DNA of 64,000 nt from an uncultured delta proteobacterium. GTDB taxonomy: Bacteria; Desulfobacterota; Syntrophia; Syntrophales; UBA2192. The position numbers and the translations under genes are program-made. The notes beneath the pieces were generated by a model. That model had not been told where the DNA came from, searched no databases, and saw only the letters and a program-made list of their open reading frames with translations. The DNA is taken from positions 32,001 through 96,000 of the forward strand of contig CAVPJD010000024.1 in NCBI GenBank assembly GCA_963705165.1, read 5' to 3'. Below are positions 48,134 through 57,251 of the stretch, piece after piece (within the stretch, counting starts at the first letter, position 1; the number at the start of each line of letters is the position of its first letter).

Positions 48134-49318
48134 CTAGATTTTTACGCAATAGCCGCTTTTTGTCAGTTTCTCGCCGCCGTTTTCCGTGACGAGAAAGACA
48201 TCCTCCACCCCCACGACGCCTTCGCCGGGGAAGGTGAACTTGGGCTCCAGGGCGATGACGTGACCGGGCACGAGTACGGCCTTGCTGTTGCGTGAGATGA
48301 CAGGGGGCTCGTCCAGCTCCAGGCCGAGGCCGTGGCCGCAGAAGCCGGCCTTGTCGTTGCCGAAGCCCATGAAGTGCGGCAGCAGGTTCTTCTTGTCGGC
48401 CAGCTTCTCCGCCTTGCGGTAAAGCTCGCTGACGGCGACACCCGGGTGGATGTCTCCGGCCAGCGCCTGGAGGATCTCCAGGGACTCCCGGTATGCGCTC
48501 TCCAGCTTCTCGGGAAGCCTGCCCAGCGAGAAGGTGCGCGTGATATCGGCGTTGTAGCCCCCGATCGTGGCGGCCATGTCGACGATGACGGGCTCGTGGC
48601 GCGCAATGGGTCGGTGGCTGGCGCCGGCTGGAAGGGCGAAGCTTGCGCCGTGACCGCCCTCCGTCGTGTCCACGAAGGCAGGCTCGGCGGCGGCGGCACC
48701 GGAAATAACCGGACCCCAGTAGCATTCCGCGTTGAATGCCCGCATCCGCACGTAGCCCTGATGCCCCCTCATCCTGGCGGCCATCTCGATGCGCGCAGAG
48801 AGCTCGAGCTCCGTCATGCCCTCCTTGAGCGCCTCGCGGGCAACGCGCATCATCTGGTCGCCAAGCTTTGCCGCCTGCCGGATGATCGCGATCTCGAAGG
48901 GGGACTTGATGGAGCGGATGGCCTGGATGACAGGCGAAATGTCGACGATCTCCCCCGGATTCAGGGCCTCCACATAGCGTGCATATTGGTTGAAGGGCAG
49001 GACATCGAGCTCCATGCCCAGGCGCTTGATCTTTTTGTAGCCCTTGTCGGCAAGCACACCGGCAAGCTCTCGGGGGCTTCGCGCAGTGAAGAGATGCTCG
49101 AGGAGGGTTTCCGAGTGGATGCGGTTGGGGTTTTTACGGATGAAAAGGATGGGGTGCCCGTCAAAGGGGACGAATAGCCAGCCCTGGGGGACGGTGCCGG
49201 TGAAGTAGAAAAGATCGGCGTTCTGGACAATGAGCGCCCCGTCGATTTTCGCCTCGGCCAGGCGCGCCTGCAGGGCCTTGATCCGGCGGTCCAGTTCCTC
49301 CTTCGGCGTTTTCTGCAT
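48134..49318 (-). CDS. M24 (Xaa-Pro) peptidase family protein
   Basis: Creatinase N-domain; R.IKS..EI, D..GY.AD.TRT, GHGLGLELDE, LEP and GVED motifs. Confidence 0.92.
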   Translation of the reverse strand: MQKTPKEELDRRIKALQARLAEAKIDGALIVQNADLFYFTGTVPQGWLFVPFDGHPILFIRKNPNRIHSETLLEHLFTARSPRELAGVLADKGYKKIKRLGMELDVLPFNQYARYVEALNPGEIVDISPVIQAIRSIKSPFEIAIIRQAAKLGDQMMRVAREALKEGMTELELSARIEMAARMRGHQGYVRMRAFNAECYWGPVISGAAAAEPAFVDTTEGGHGASFALPAGASHRPIARHEPVIVDMAATIGGYNADITRTFSLGRLPEKLESAYRESLEILQALAGDIHPGVAVSELYRKAEKLADKKNLLPHFMGFGNDKAGFCGHGLGLELDEPPVISRNSKAVLVPGHVIALEPKFTFPGEGVVGVEDVFLVTENGGEKLTKSGYCVKI

Positions 49319-49360
49319 GTGCCCCCCAGGCAGAGTATCTGGTTCAGGGTTCAGGAAGAA

Positions 49361-49462
49361 GGGTGATGGTTCGACGAGCTCACCATGGCAAATCTAGAAA
49401 AGTCATCCTGAGCTTGCCGAAGGACCCCCTCACCCTTGCCCTCTCCCGCGAGGGGAGAGGGA
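49361..49462. repeat. Composite REP-like element
   Basis: GGTGATGGTTCGACGAGCTCACCATG..GTCATCCTGAGCTTGCCGAAGGA + CCCTCACCC..CCTCTCCC..GGGAGAGGG. Confidence 0.75.
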
Positions 49463-49472
49463 ACCTATAAGG

Positions 49473-50030
49473 TTAAAACTCGATGCCGGCTCGCTCCTTT
49501 ATGCCCTGCGAGTAATGATGCTTGATCTCCTTCACCTCGCTCACCGTATCGGCAAGGTCGATAATCTCCTTGGGGGCGTAACGGCCCGTCAGGATCACGT
49601 CCACCGTCTGGGCCTTTGCCTTCAGGGCATCCACCACGTCTTGCAGGGGGATGAGCCCGAAGTCGATGGCGATATTCAGCTCGTCGAGGATCACCATGTC
49701 GAAATCCCCGGACTGGATGGCCGCTTTGCCCAGGTTGAAGCCCTCGCGGGCAAGCTCCACGTCCACCGGCGCGGGGTTGCCCCGCATGACGAAGCTGTCG
49801 AGGCCGCACAGCTTGAAGGTGAGGTTGGGGAGGCACTGCTCGGCGCAGAGGACCTCGCCGTACTTGCGGCCCTTCATGAACTGGACGACGAGCACCTTCT
49901 TGCCGTGGCCGAGCGCCCGCAGGGCCTGCCCGAGCGCGGCCGTGGTCTTTCCCTTGCCGTCGCCGGTGAAGACCATGATGAGACCGCGATTGTATTTCGC
50001 GAGGGTTTCTTCGATGGCATCCTTGGTCAT
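49473..50030 (-). CDS. cobO: Cob(I)alamin adenosyltransferase (CobO/BtuR type)
   Basis: TGDGKGKTTAALG, QFMKG, LDE, LTGR and KH motifs. Confidence 0.94.
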   Translation of the reverse strand: MTKDAIEETLAKYNRGLIMVFTGDGKGKTTAALGQALRALGHGKKVLVVQFMKGRKYGEVLCAEQCLPNLTFKLCGLDSFVMRGNPAPVDVELAREGFNLGKAAIQSGDFDMVILDELNIAIDFGLIPLQDVVDALKAKAQTVDVILTGRYAPKEIIDLADTVSEVKEIKHHYSQGIKERAGIEF

Positions 50031-50119
50031 GTCGTCCTCCGGGAAAAAAGGGGCTAGGGTACAGGGAAAATGAAGAAAATCCCCCTGTGTCCCCCTTTAT
50101 GAAAGGGGGAGTTTAATTG

Positions 50120-50161
50120 AAAAAGCCCGGGAGGGTCATTAGAAGACCATCCCGGGCTTTC
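50120..50161 (-). terminator. Intrinsic terminator after meaB (REP hairpin at 50078-50110 adjacent)
   Basis: AAAAAGCCCGGGA..TCCCGGGCTTT. Confidence 0.65.
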
Positions 50162-50182
50162 CTCGTTAGTTAATGGTTTCGA

Positions 50183-51154
50183 TCACAGGCACCCCTCCAG
50201 GTACCGTTTGGCGATGTCCTCGGCAGCGGTGTAGGGGTCGATCTCCTTCTTCATAACCTTTTCGATCAACCCTTCCATCTGGCCGCTTCCGAGAAGCTTC
50301 AGGAGGACCGGCTCGAGGATGCTCGCCCGGATGGCCTCGTTGAGCTCGACGGTCGCCTTGCGGCGCATCCTGCTGCCGATGAGGTCCTTGTCGACGAGAT
50401 GCTTGTAATGCTCTTCAATCTTGGTGGTGACGTCATCCAGCGCCTTTCCGAAGCCCTCCGGCTGGAAGGCGTTTTCCACCTTCATGATGGACGGCCGCCA
50501 TCCCCCCTGGAAGGCGGACGGCGGGGCCATGTCGAGCATGGCCAGCAGCTCCCGCGAAAGCTTGGAGGCGCCATCGCGGTCTGCCTTGTTCACGATGAAG
50601 ATGTCGGCGATCTCGAGGATCCCGGCCTTGATGGCCTGGATCTCGTCGCCCATCCCCGGCACGAGCACCACGAGAACCGTGTGGGAGTGGTTGATGATGT
50701 CCACTTCCTGCTGACCCGTGCCGACGGTCTCCACCATGATGATGTCCTTGCCCAGGACGTCCATCACATGGATGGCATCCCCCACGGCCTTTGCCAGGCC
50801 GCCCAGAGCCCCGCGCGTGGCAAGGCTCCGGACGAAGACGCCCGGGTCCTCGGCGTGGCGCTGCATGCGGATACGATCGCCGAGGATGGCGCCCCCCGTG
50901 AAGGGGCTTGTGGGGTCGACGGCCAGCACGCCGACGGTCTTCCCTTTCTTGCGGAAGCAGTCGATGAGGCCGTCGGTCAGCGTGCTCTTCCCCGCACCGG
51001 GCGAGCCGGTGATGCCGATGACGTGCGCCCTCCCCGTGAGAGGGAAGAGGTGCTTGATGGTGAGCTTCGCCTCGGGCATCCGATCCTCCAGGTTGCGGAT
51101 GAGGCGAGAGGCGGCACGTATGTCACCGCCCTTGATCTTCTTTGTGATTTCCAT
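50183..51154 (-). CDS. meaB: Mutase-associated GTPase MeaB
   Basis: GITGSPGAGKS, VDPTSPFTGGAILGDRIRM, ETVG and NKAD motifs. Confidence 0.96.
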   Translation of the reverse strand: MEITKKIKGGDIRAASRLIRNLEDRMPEAKLTIKHLFPLTGRAHVIGITGSPGAGKSTLTDGLIDCFRKKGKTVGVLAVDPTSPFTGGAILGDRIRMQRHAEDPGVFVRSLATRGALGGLAKAVGDAIHVMDVLGKDIIMVETVGTGQQEVDIINHSHTVLVVLVPGMGDEIQAIKAGILEIADIFIVNKADRDGASKLSRELLAMLDMAPPSAFQGGWRPSIMKVENAFQPEGFGKALDDVTTKIEEHYKHLVDKDLIGSRMRRKATVELNEAIRASILEPVLLKLLGSGQMEGLIEKVMKKEIDPYTAAEDIAKRYLEGCL

Positions 51155-51169
51155 TCCGGATGTCCTTAC

Positions 51170-51574
51170 CTATGCTCTCGGTTTCACGTTTGTGTTGATC
51201 CAGGTGACGATGGAATCCAGCGTCGCGCCGGGAACGAAGATCGCCTTCAGGCCTGCATCATACATCAGCTGGAAGTCCTGTTCGGGGATGATCCCGCCGC
51301 CGATGACCATGATGTCGTCGGCGCCCTTGTCCTTGAGAAGCTTCGTGACGGCAGGATAAAGATAGCGGTGGGCGCCCGAAAGGCAGCTCAGGCCCAGAAG
51401 ATCCACGTCTTCCTGCACCGCCGCCGACACGATCTGCTCGGGCGTCTGGTGACAGCCCGTGTAAATCACTTCGTAGCCGGCATCGCGGAAGCAGCGGGCC
51501 AGAACCCTGGCGCCGCGGTCGTGCCCGTCCAGACCCGGCTTTGCAACCATAACACGCAATTTTCGATCAGACAT
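51170..51574 (-). CDS. Acyl-CoA mutase small, cobalamin-binding subunit
   Basis: KPGLDGHDRG (DxHxxG), SCLSGAH and GGGIIP motifs. Confidence 0.95.
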   Translation of the reverse strand: MSDRKLRVMVAKPGLDGHDRGARVLARCFRDAGYEVIYTGCHQTPEQIVSAAVQEDVDLLGLSCLSGAHRYLYPAVTKLLKDKGADDIMVIGGGIIPEQDFQLMYDAGLKAIFVPGATLDSIVTWINTNVKPRA

Positions 51575-51592
51575 GATATCTCCCCCTCCTTC

Positions 51593-53281
51593 CTAGTAGA
51601 GTCCCGGATCGCGGTATTCGCCGTATACCTCGCGGTAGACGTCGCAGATCTCCTGCACGGAGCACAGGGCCTTGACGGCCTCGATGCAGAAAGGCATCAC
51701 GTTCTCGCCCTTCTTGCAGGCAGCTTTCAGATCGCCGAGGCACTTCATGGCAGCCTTGCCATCGCGCTTGCGCCTCACGGCCTGGAGCCGCTCGATCTGC
51801 TCGGTCTCGATCTTGTCGTCGATCTCGAGGAAGGGGATGGACTCTTTCTCGTTTGAGACGTACTTGTTGACGCCGACCATGATCTTCTCGGCACTGTCGA
51901 TCTGGCGCTGGAACTTGTAGGCCGCATCGGAGATCTCGAGCTGGGGGAAACCCTTTTCGATGGCGGCGACCATGCCGCCCAACTCGTCGATCTTGTGGAT
52001 GTATTCCCAGGCCTGCTTTTCCATCTCGTTGGTGAGCGACTCGACGAAGTAGGAGCCGGCCAGCGGGTCGATCGTGGTGGCCGCACCCGTCTCTTCGGCG
52101 ATGATCTGCTGGGTCCGAAGGGCGATCTGGACGGCAAAGTCGGAGGGCAGGCACCACACTTCGTCAAGCGAGTTGGTGTGGAGCGACTGGGTCCCGCCGA
52201 GCACCGCGGAGAGCGCCTGTGTGGCCGTGCGGACGACGTTGTTGTAGGGCTGCTGGGCCGTGAGCGAGCATCCGGCCGTCTGGGTGTGGAACCGCATCCA
52301 CCAGGAGCGCTCGTCTTTTGACTTGTAGCGTTCCTTCATGGCCTTGGCCCAGATCCTGCGGGCCGCCCTCATCTTGCAGATCTCCTCGAAGAAGTCGCAG
52401 TGTGCGTTGAAGAAGAAGGAGAGCCTGGGGCCGAAGGCATCGACGTCGAGTTTCTTGCGGCGAATCACGTCTTCGACGTACTCCATGCCGTCGCGAAGCG
52501 TGAAGGCCAGTTCCTGCACTGCCGTGGCGCCGGCCTCGCGGATGTGGTAGCCCGAAATCGAGATCGTGTTCCACTTGGGAACGTGCAGGGTACCGAACTC
52601 GACGGTGTCGCTGATGAGCTTCACGGAGGGCTCGGGTGGGCACATCAGGGTCTTCTGGGCGATGAACTCCTTGAGCATGTCGTTCTGGATCGTGCCGCCG
52701 ATCTTGGAGAGCGGAATGCCATGGATCTCGGCTGCCGCGCAGTACATGGCCCAGAGGGCCGTGGCCGGCGGGTTGATCGTCATGGAGGTCGTGATCTTGT
52801 CGAGGGGGATGCCCTTGGTGAGAACGAGGAAGTCTTCAAGGGTGTCGATGGCCACACCGCACTTGCCGCATTCGCCGCGGGCCTTCGGGGAGTCGGTATC
52901 ATACCCCATGAGGGTGGGGAAGTCGAAGGCCGTGCTGAGACCCGTCTGGCCTTCCTTCAGGAGCATGTGCCACCGTTCATTGGTGGTGGCGGCATCTCCC
53001 ATGCCCGAGAACATTCGGAATGTCCAGTACTTGCCCCGATAGCCGGTCACCTGGTTACCGCGGGTGTAGGGGTACTGCCCGGGGTAATTGATGTCCCGCT
53101 CGAAATCCATGTCCTTGATGTCATCGGGGGTGTAGAGACGTTTGATGGGGAGGTCCGAAACCGTTGACCACTGAGCCTCAGGCTTCTGATCGGCCCACTT
53201 GGAAACGGACTTCTTGACCTCATCTTCCCAGCGCTGGCGGAGCCGGCTGGACTGCTCGAGAACTTCCTTTGCGAAATACAC
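51593..53281 (-). CDS. B12-dependent acyl-CoA mutase large subunit, isobutyryl-CoA-mutase-type specificity residues
   Basis: PG.YPYTRG, WTFRMFSG, QNDMLKEFIAQK, SISGYHIREAG, GGTQSLHTNSLDE and DPLAGSY motifs. Confidence 0.93.
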   Translation of the reverse strand: MYFAKEVLEQSSRLRQRWEDEVKKSVSKWADQKPEAQWSTVSDLPIKRLYTPDDIKDMDFERDINYPGQYPYTRGNQVTGYRGKYWTFRMFSGMGDAATTNERWHMLLKEGQTGLSTAFDFPTLMGYDTDSPKARGECGKCGVAIDTLEDFLVLTKGIPLDKITTSMTINPPATALWAMYCAAAEIHGIPLSKIGGTIQNDMLKEFIAQKTLMCPPEPSVKLISDTVEFGTLHVPKWNTISISGYHIREAGATAVQELAFTLRDGMEYVEDVIRRKKLDVDAFGPRLSFFFNAHCDFFEEICKMRAARRIWAKAMKERYKSKDERSWWMRFHTQTAGCSLTAQQPYNNVVRTATQALSAVLGGTQSLHTNSLDEVWCLPSDFAVQIALRTQQIIAEETGAATTIDPLAGSYFVESLTNEMEKQAWEYIHKIDELGGMVAAIEKGFPQLEISDAAYKFQRQIDSAEKIMVGVNKYVSNEKESIPFLEIDDKIETEQIERLQAVRRKRDGKAAMKCLGDLKAACKKGENVMPFCIEAVKALCSVQEICDVYREVYGEYRDPGLY

Positions 53282-53545
53282 GTTTCTCCCTCCTTGTCCG
53301 TAAAATTAAAAATTTAAGCCATATACACTCCTCGCAATTTATTAAACCCTGACTATCCCTTATAATAATAGACCCACCCGATGCCGTATACAAAATACCC
53401 CGTTTTGTCAAGCTAAAAGACGGCGATTTTGCCCGCATTATGGGCCTTTCAGGGCGGAAGCCCTGCGGGGACGGGAGGGCAAAGAAAGATCGTCACAAAA
53501 AAGGTTCTTCCGGGCGTGGTGACGGCAACAAGGGGTTTTCCCGAA

Positions 53546-54715
53546 TCAGAGCTCAAAGAGCCTGCGGGGGGTCTTTGTCAGGATCTCGTTGCCGCCGCTG
53601 CCCACGTGGATCATGTCTTCGAGTTTGACGACCCCGCCCCCCTCGGTCATCATGTGCATGTCGAGGGCGACGACGCAGCCTTCCGGGATCAAAGAGGAAT
53701 CGAACCCGGAAAGGATCGGCGGCTCGTTGAGTTCGAGGCCGATCCCGTGGCCGATGATCCGGGAGGATCTGCCTTTGCCGAAGGACTGGAATTCGGCGGA
53801 CCGCCCCAGATCCTCCGCCTTCTGCTTCGCCAACTGATAGACGTCGCAGCCCCGCATGCCCGGCCGGATCGTACCGATGAGGTGGTCGGCTACGGCCTGG
53901 AGATCGTCATAGAGGGCATGGATGGCCTTCCCCGCATTCCCGATGCAGTAGGTCCTCGTCTGGTCGGCGTGGTAGCCCTCGACGAGGGTGGGGATGTCGA
54001 CAATGACCGTCTCGCCCCGCCCTATGGCCCGACGGGAGGGGCCGGCCGGCACGGCGGGGCTCATGCCCACGCCTGTGATGGTGTAGACGACGCCGCTCAC
54101 CCGGGCGAGGTTCGGTCCCGCCCCGATGGGCCCCCGGCTCATAAAGAAATCGGGCAGGCGGATAAAGAAGATCCCCTCGTGCCCGGCGAGCCTGTGGGCG
54201 TTCTCGACGGCGGCTGCCAGCTCCAGTTCCGTAACCCCTTCCCGGAGTGTCACCAGGACCGCCTCGTGCCCCGCGTGGACGGCATCGCAGGCCCGGCGAA
54301 GCCTCTCGATCTCCCAGGGCTCCTTCACTTTGCGCTGCTCCAGGGTGACGGGGGAAATATTGACGAAGTCGGCATCGGGGCAGGCCCTCCGGAGGGCCTC
54401 GAACTGCTCGGCCGTCAGGATATCGAGCTCCGTGCCGATCTTTCCCTGTTTCCCCGCCAGCCGGGACAGGGCGCCTGCGAGAATCTTCTCGAGCCGCCGC
54501 TCTTCTGCCAGCTTCTCCCGTCCGATGAAGACGTCCTGCACGGCAAACTCGAACCCGCTCCTCACATAGAGGGTGTAGTCATCGGGGGTGACGAGCAGAC
54601 AGGAGGGCTGGGCCGTCCCCGTGTAGTAGAGGATGTCCCGGGAATAGACGAGAAGGGCTGCGTCAAGCCCCCCGTCGAGAAGCTTCTTCTGTAAGACCTT
54701 GATGCGCTCTTTCAT
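53546..54715 (-). CDS. M24 (Xaa-Pro) peptidase family protein
   Basis: R.VKEPWEI, GYHADQTRT, GHGIGLELNE and KLED motifs. Confidence 0.9.
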   Translation of the reverse strand: MKERIKVLQKKLLDGGLDAALLVYSRDILYYTGTAQPSCLLVTPDDYTLYVRSGFEFAVQDVFIGREKLAEERRLEKILAGALSRLAGKQGKIGTELDILTAEQFEALRRACPDADFVNISPVTLEQRKVKEPWEIERLRRACDAVHAGHEAVLVTLREGVTELELAAAVENAHRLAGHEGIFFIRLPDFFMSRGPIGAGPNLARVSGVVYTITGVGMSPAVPAGPSRRAIGRGETVIVDIPTLVEGYHADQTRTYCIGNAGKAIHALYDDLQAVADHLIGTIRPGMRGCDVYQLAKQKAEDLGRSAEFQSFGKGRSSRIIGHGIGLELNEPPILSGFDSSLIPEGCVVALDMHMMTEGGGVVKLEDMIHVGSGGNEILTKTPRRLFEL

Positions 54716-54780
54716 GGTGACACCCCCACGAGTCGGCACACAGTGTCATGGGTCATGTGTCAAGCGAAGAACCAGGGATC

Positions 54781-54814
54781 AAATCCCCCTGTGTCCCCCT
54801 TTACTAAAGGGGGA
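54781..54814. repeat. REP-like hairpin AAATCCCCCTGTGTCCCCCTTTACTAAAGGGGGA
   Basis: Near-identical to 50078-50110. Confidence 0.75.
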
Positions 54815-55029
54815 GCTCGGTCCGTGCCGTTTTTCGGCTCCAGCGACCTTTGCATGGAGAGGGTCCTCTTTCGAGGGTTGGCTGATGCGATCCCTTTCCG
54901 CCTCTCGATAGTCGGATTATTACCCGCTGTCCGGTTTGATTGCAATACCCTGCCCGTTGATTTTTTACACCGCCGGCGGAGTGGGTCTTCTCGTGGAGGT
55001 TCAGCAGCGGGAAGAGCGTGTAGCGTGTA

Positions 55030-55070
55030 TAAAAAAAGAGGCGGGGAAGGGCTCTCCGCCTCTTTTGTTT
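55030..55070 (-). terminator. Intrinsic terminator of pilA
   Basis: AAAAAAAGAGGCGGGGA..TCTCCGCCTCTTTT. Confidence 0.7.
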
Positions 55071-55110
55071 CGGCTGCCTGCTCCTTCTCAAGCAACCCGG
55101 TTGGCAGGGC

Positions 55111-55494
55111 TTAGGGCATCGTGATGGCGCCGGTGCTGGCGACCGTGCCGGTATTGGCTCCGGCGGGAAGCGCCCCGTTGACGAGTGTGATGGTGCCGCT
55201 CGAAACGGTCAGAGTACCCGCGCTGAAAGTGATGTTCGACGATTTCTGGTAGCCATAGCCCGAAATCTTCGCCAGGGCGTTTACGGTTGCGGCAGGATAG
55301 TCGGTGAAGTAGGCCTGAGCTGCCGTAAAGGCATTTTTCAGGTCCGAATTCAACTCGGCCCTGTAGCCGCGCTTGCGGTACTCCGTGAACTGCGGGATGG
55401 CAATCGCCGCAAGAATCGCGATGATGGCCACTACAATCATGAGTTCAACGAGAGTGAACCCCTTCTGTTCTCTTTTTTTCCTTAACCAGTTCAT
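55111..55494 (-). CDS. pilA: Type IVa major pilin (Geobacter/Syntrophus-like N-terminus)
   Basis: [28 protein letters not shown]...Y......DLKN; AGGAGG RBS. Confidence 0.92.
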   Translation of the reverse strand: MNWLRKKREQKGFTLVELMIVVAIIAILAAIAIPQFTEYRKRGYRAELNSDLKNAFTAAQAYFTDYPAATVNALAKISGYGYQKSSNITFSAGTLTVSSGTITLVNGALPAGANTGTVASTGAITMP

Positions 55495-55822
55495 TCTTCA
55501 ATAACCTCCTGTTCAGTGTTTGCTGCCTTTCACAGGAGCATCGGACATGCCGCGGGGCTGTAGCAGATATTATGTAGTAAATACAGTGCGTTATATGCCT
55601 TGCGGCCCTGGCCGGCCATTCGAGACACCCTTCCGTTTTGGGACACCATGCCGCCATGCATGCGCAAAATCAGGCGATCGGGGATAATGTCCAGAATGGG
55701 AGGGGAGGAGATGGCAGCGCTTCGGGGGCCCGGGGAAATCGGCATAAAAGAAAGGCAGGGCCGGTGGCGGCCTTGCCTTTCTTCATGTGTGGAGCCTGCT
55801 AACGATCATTCAGGCGCATCTT

Positions 55823-56821
55823 TTACAAGCTGTTATAACGGGACTGAACCTGCTCATCGGTCAATGTGTCATTTCTGATGATGACGCGATCGATTACGCC
55901 ATCCCACCCGATGTTGCCATATCCCGCATCGTATGTTTCGGCGAGCTGCGCGCCTACAATCAGGCTGCCGTTGCTGTCCCGGACACCGCCCGTCGTATTG
56001 GCCGTCTCGTCGTCAAGAATCCCGTTGACATAAAGGCGAAGCGACGTCGAATCCCAGGTCGCGACGATGTGGTACCACTGGCCGGGCTGCAGATCGAAAC
56101 TGCCATAGACGCCGACCCAGTTGCCGTCATCGCCGGTAATCATGAAAAGGGGCCGGGCATGGGAACCTTCGTGGTACCACAACTGCATTCCCCAGGCTTC
56201 GTCACTGAAATCCCGGCGTTCGCCCTTGTGGATGATTCCGGCAAAGGGATGAATGCCATCCACCCGGACCAGGACCTCGACGGTTCCGTTGTTTCTCAGG
56301 GTCAGCGCATCGCTGTCGGGAGCGATGACGTAATCGAGGGTCGTCGGGTCGCCGTCAAACAGCAGCCCGTTGTGATTGCCATGGTAGCCTTCGGCGGCTT
56401 CGACATCTGCTATTACATATTCTCGGCATTCGCTGGTAAAGCCGATCCATTCCGCCACGATCGCCGGATCCTTTAATATCGCCAGAGTGTATGTCGCCTT
56501 CGCATCGTTTTCGGCAGTTACGACGACGGTGCAGGTATCGGTTAACGTCGTTGCAGTCGTCCGGCCGTCTGACTCATAGATATTAAATGTCGCACCGCGA
56601 GCGACGACGATTGCGGCTTTCAAGATCTCAACCGTCGTTCCAAAAGGAATCTTGCCGAGGGCGGTGCCCTGAAGCTCACCGATAGCGGAGGCAATGGAGG
56701 TATCGTTGTTCAAGACGGTATTCATATGGACGGCAGGCGATGACTGGCTGCTGCCTCCGCCCGAGCAACCGATCACGAACAGGACCAGGATGAACAGGTT
56801 GTTTATTCTTCTTGTCTTCAT
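55823..56821 (-). CDS. Lipoprotein with C-terminal LamG/concanavalin-like domain
   Basis: VIGC lipobox; GQWYHIVATWD..LRLYVNG and G.ID.V.I motifs. Confidence 0.85.
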   Translation of the reverse strand: MKTRRINNLFILVLFVIGCSGGGSSQSSPAVHMNTVLNNDTSIASAIGELQGTALGKIPFGTTVEILKAAIVVARGATFNIYESDGRTTATTLTDTCTVVVTAENDAKATYTLAILKDPAIVAEWIGFTSECREYVIADVEAAEGYHGNHNGLLFDGDPTTLDYVIAPDSDALTLRNNGTVEVLVRVDGIHPFAGIIHKGERRDFSDEAWGMQLWYHEGSHARPLFMITGDDGNWVGVYGSFDLQPGQWYHIVATWDSTSLRLYVNGILDDETANTTGGVRDSNGSLIVGAQLAETYDAGYGNIGWDGVIDRVIIRNDTLTDEQVQSRYNSL

Positions 56822-56865
56822 GGCTCACTCCCGTTGAAGTCGACATTTTCGTTGACCTCTCCATG

Positions 56866-56881
56866 AGCATAGCGAGTGCCA
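56866..56881 (-). promoter_or_regulatory. Sigma-54 promoter candidate
   Basis: Minus strand TGGCACTCGCTATGCT (GG-N10-GC), 45 nt before the LamG gene start. Confidence 0.5.
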
Positions 56882-57251
56882 CGAGTGGCATGCCACAATA
56901 AACGCTAATTATATTAAGTCGTTAGATTTAATATGGGCTGAATGGAGTGAGAATTTTAAGAGCTTTCCAGGGTGTCATTCCGGGATGGTATCGTGTATTT
57001 ATTAATGATTACAGTAATTTGTGCACGCAATGCCGTTTTGGCATACAAATGTTTTGATTACTTAGTGATTTCAATGTATTGGATAATTTCTCAAGCTTCA
57101 GATTTTCTCCTGACATCAGTTAAAAATAACCTGGGAAGTACGACGCAGGGGGTCAAAATATCGCGGGAAGACTCCCCGCACAGGAGAGTGGAAATGTTTT
57201 TCCTCTCGCGAATGGTTCCATCCGCCCTGGCTCGCCCTGAAACAGGCATGG

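Noticed and set aside
50399..54694. Long plus-strand ORFs opposite meaB, the mutase and M24
   Set aside because: Antisense shadows without recognisable motifs
54845..54890. c-di-GMP-I or SAM-I riboswitch call
   Set aside because: Only partial motif resemblance; core consensus elements are missing, so it is kept only as a weak finding
55585..55620. Sigma-54 promoter for pilA
   Set aside because: The GGCATATAACGC spacing is GG-N8-GC, not N10
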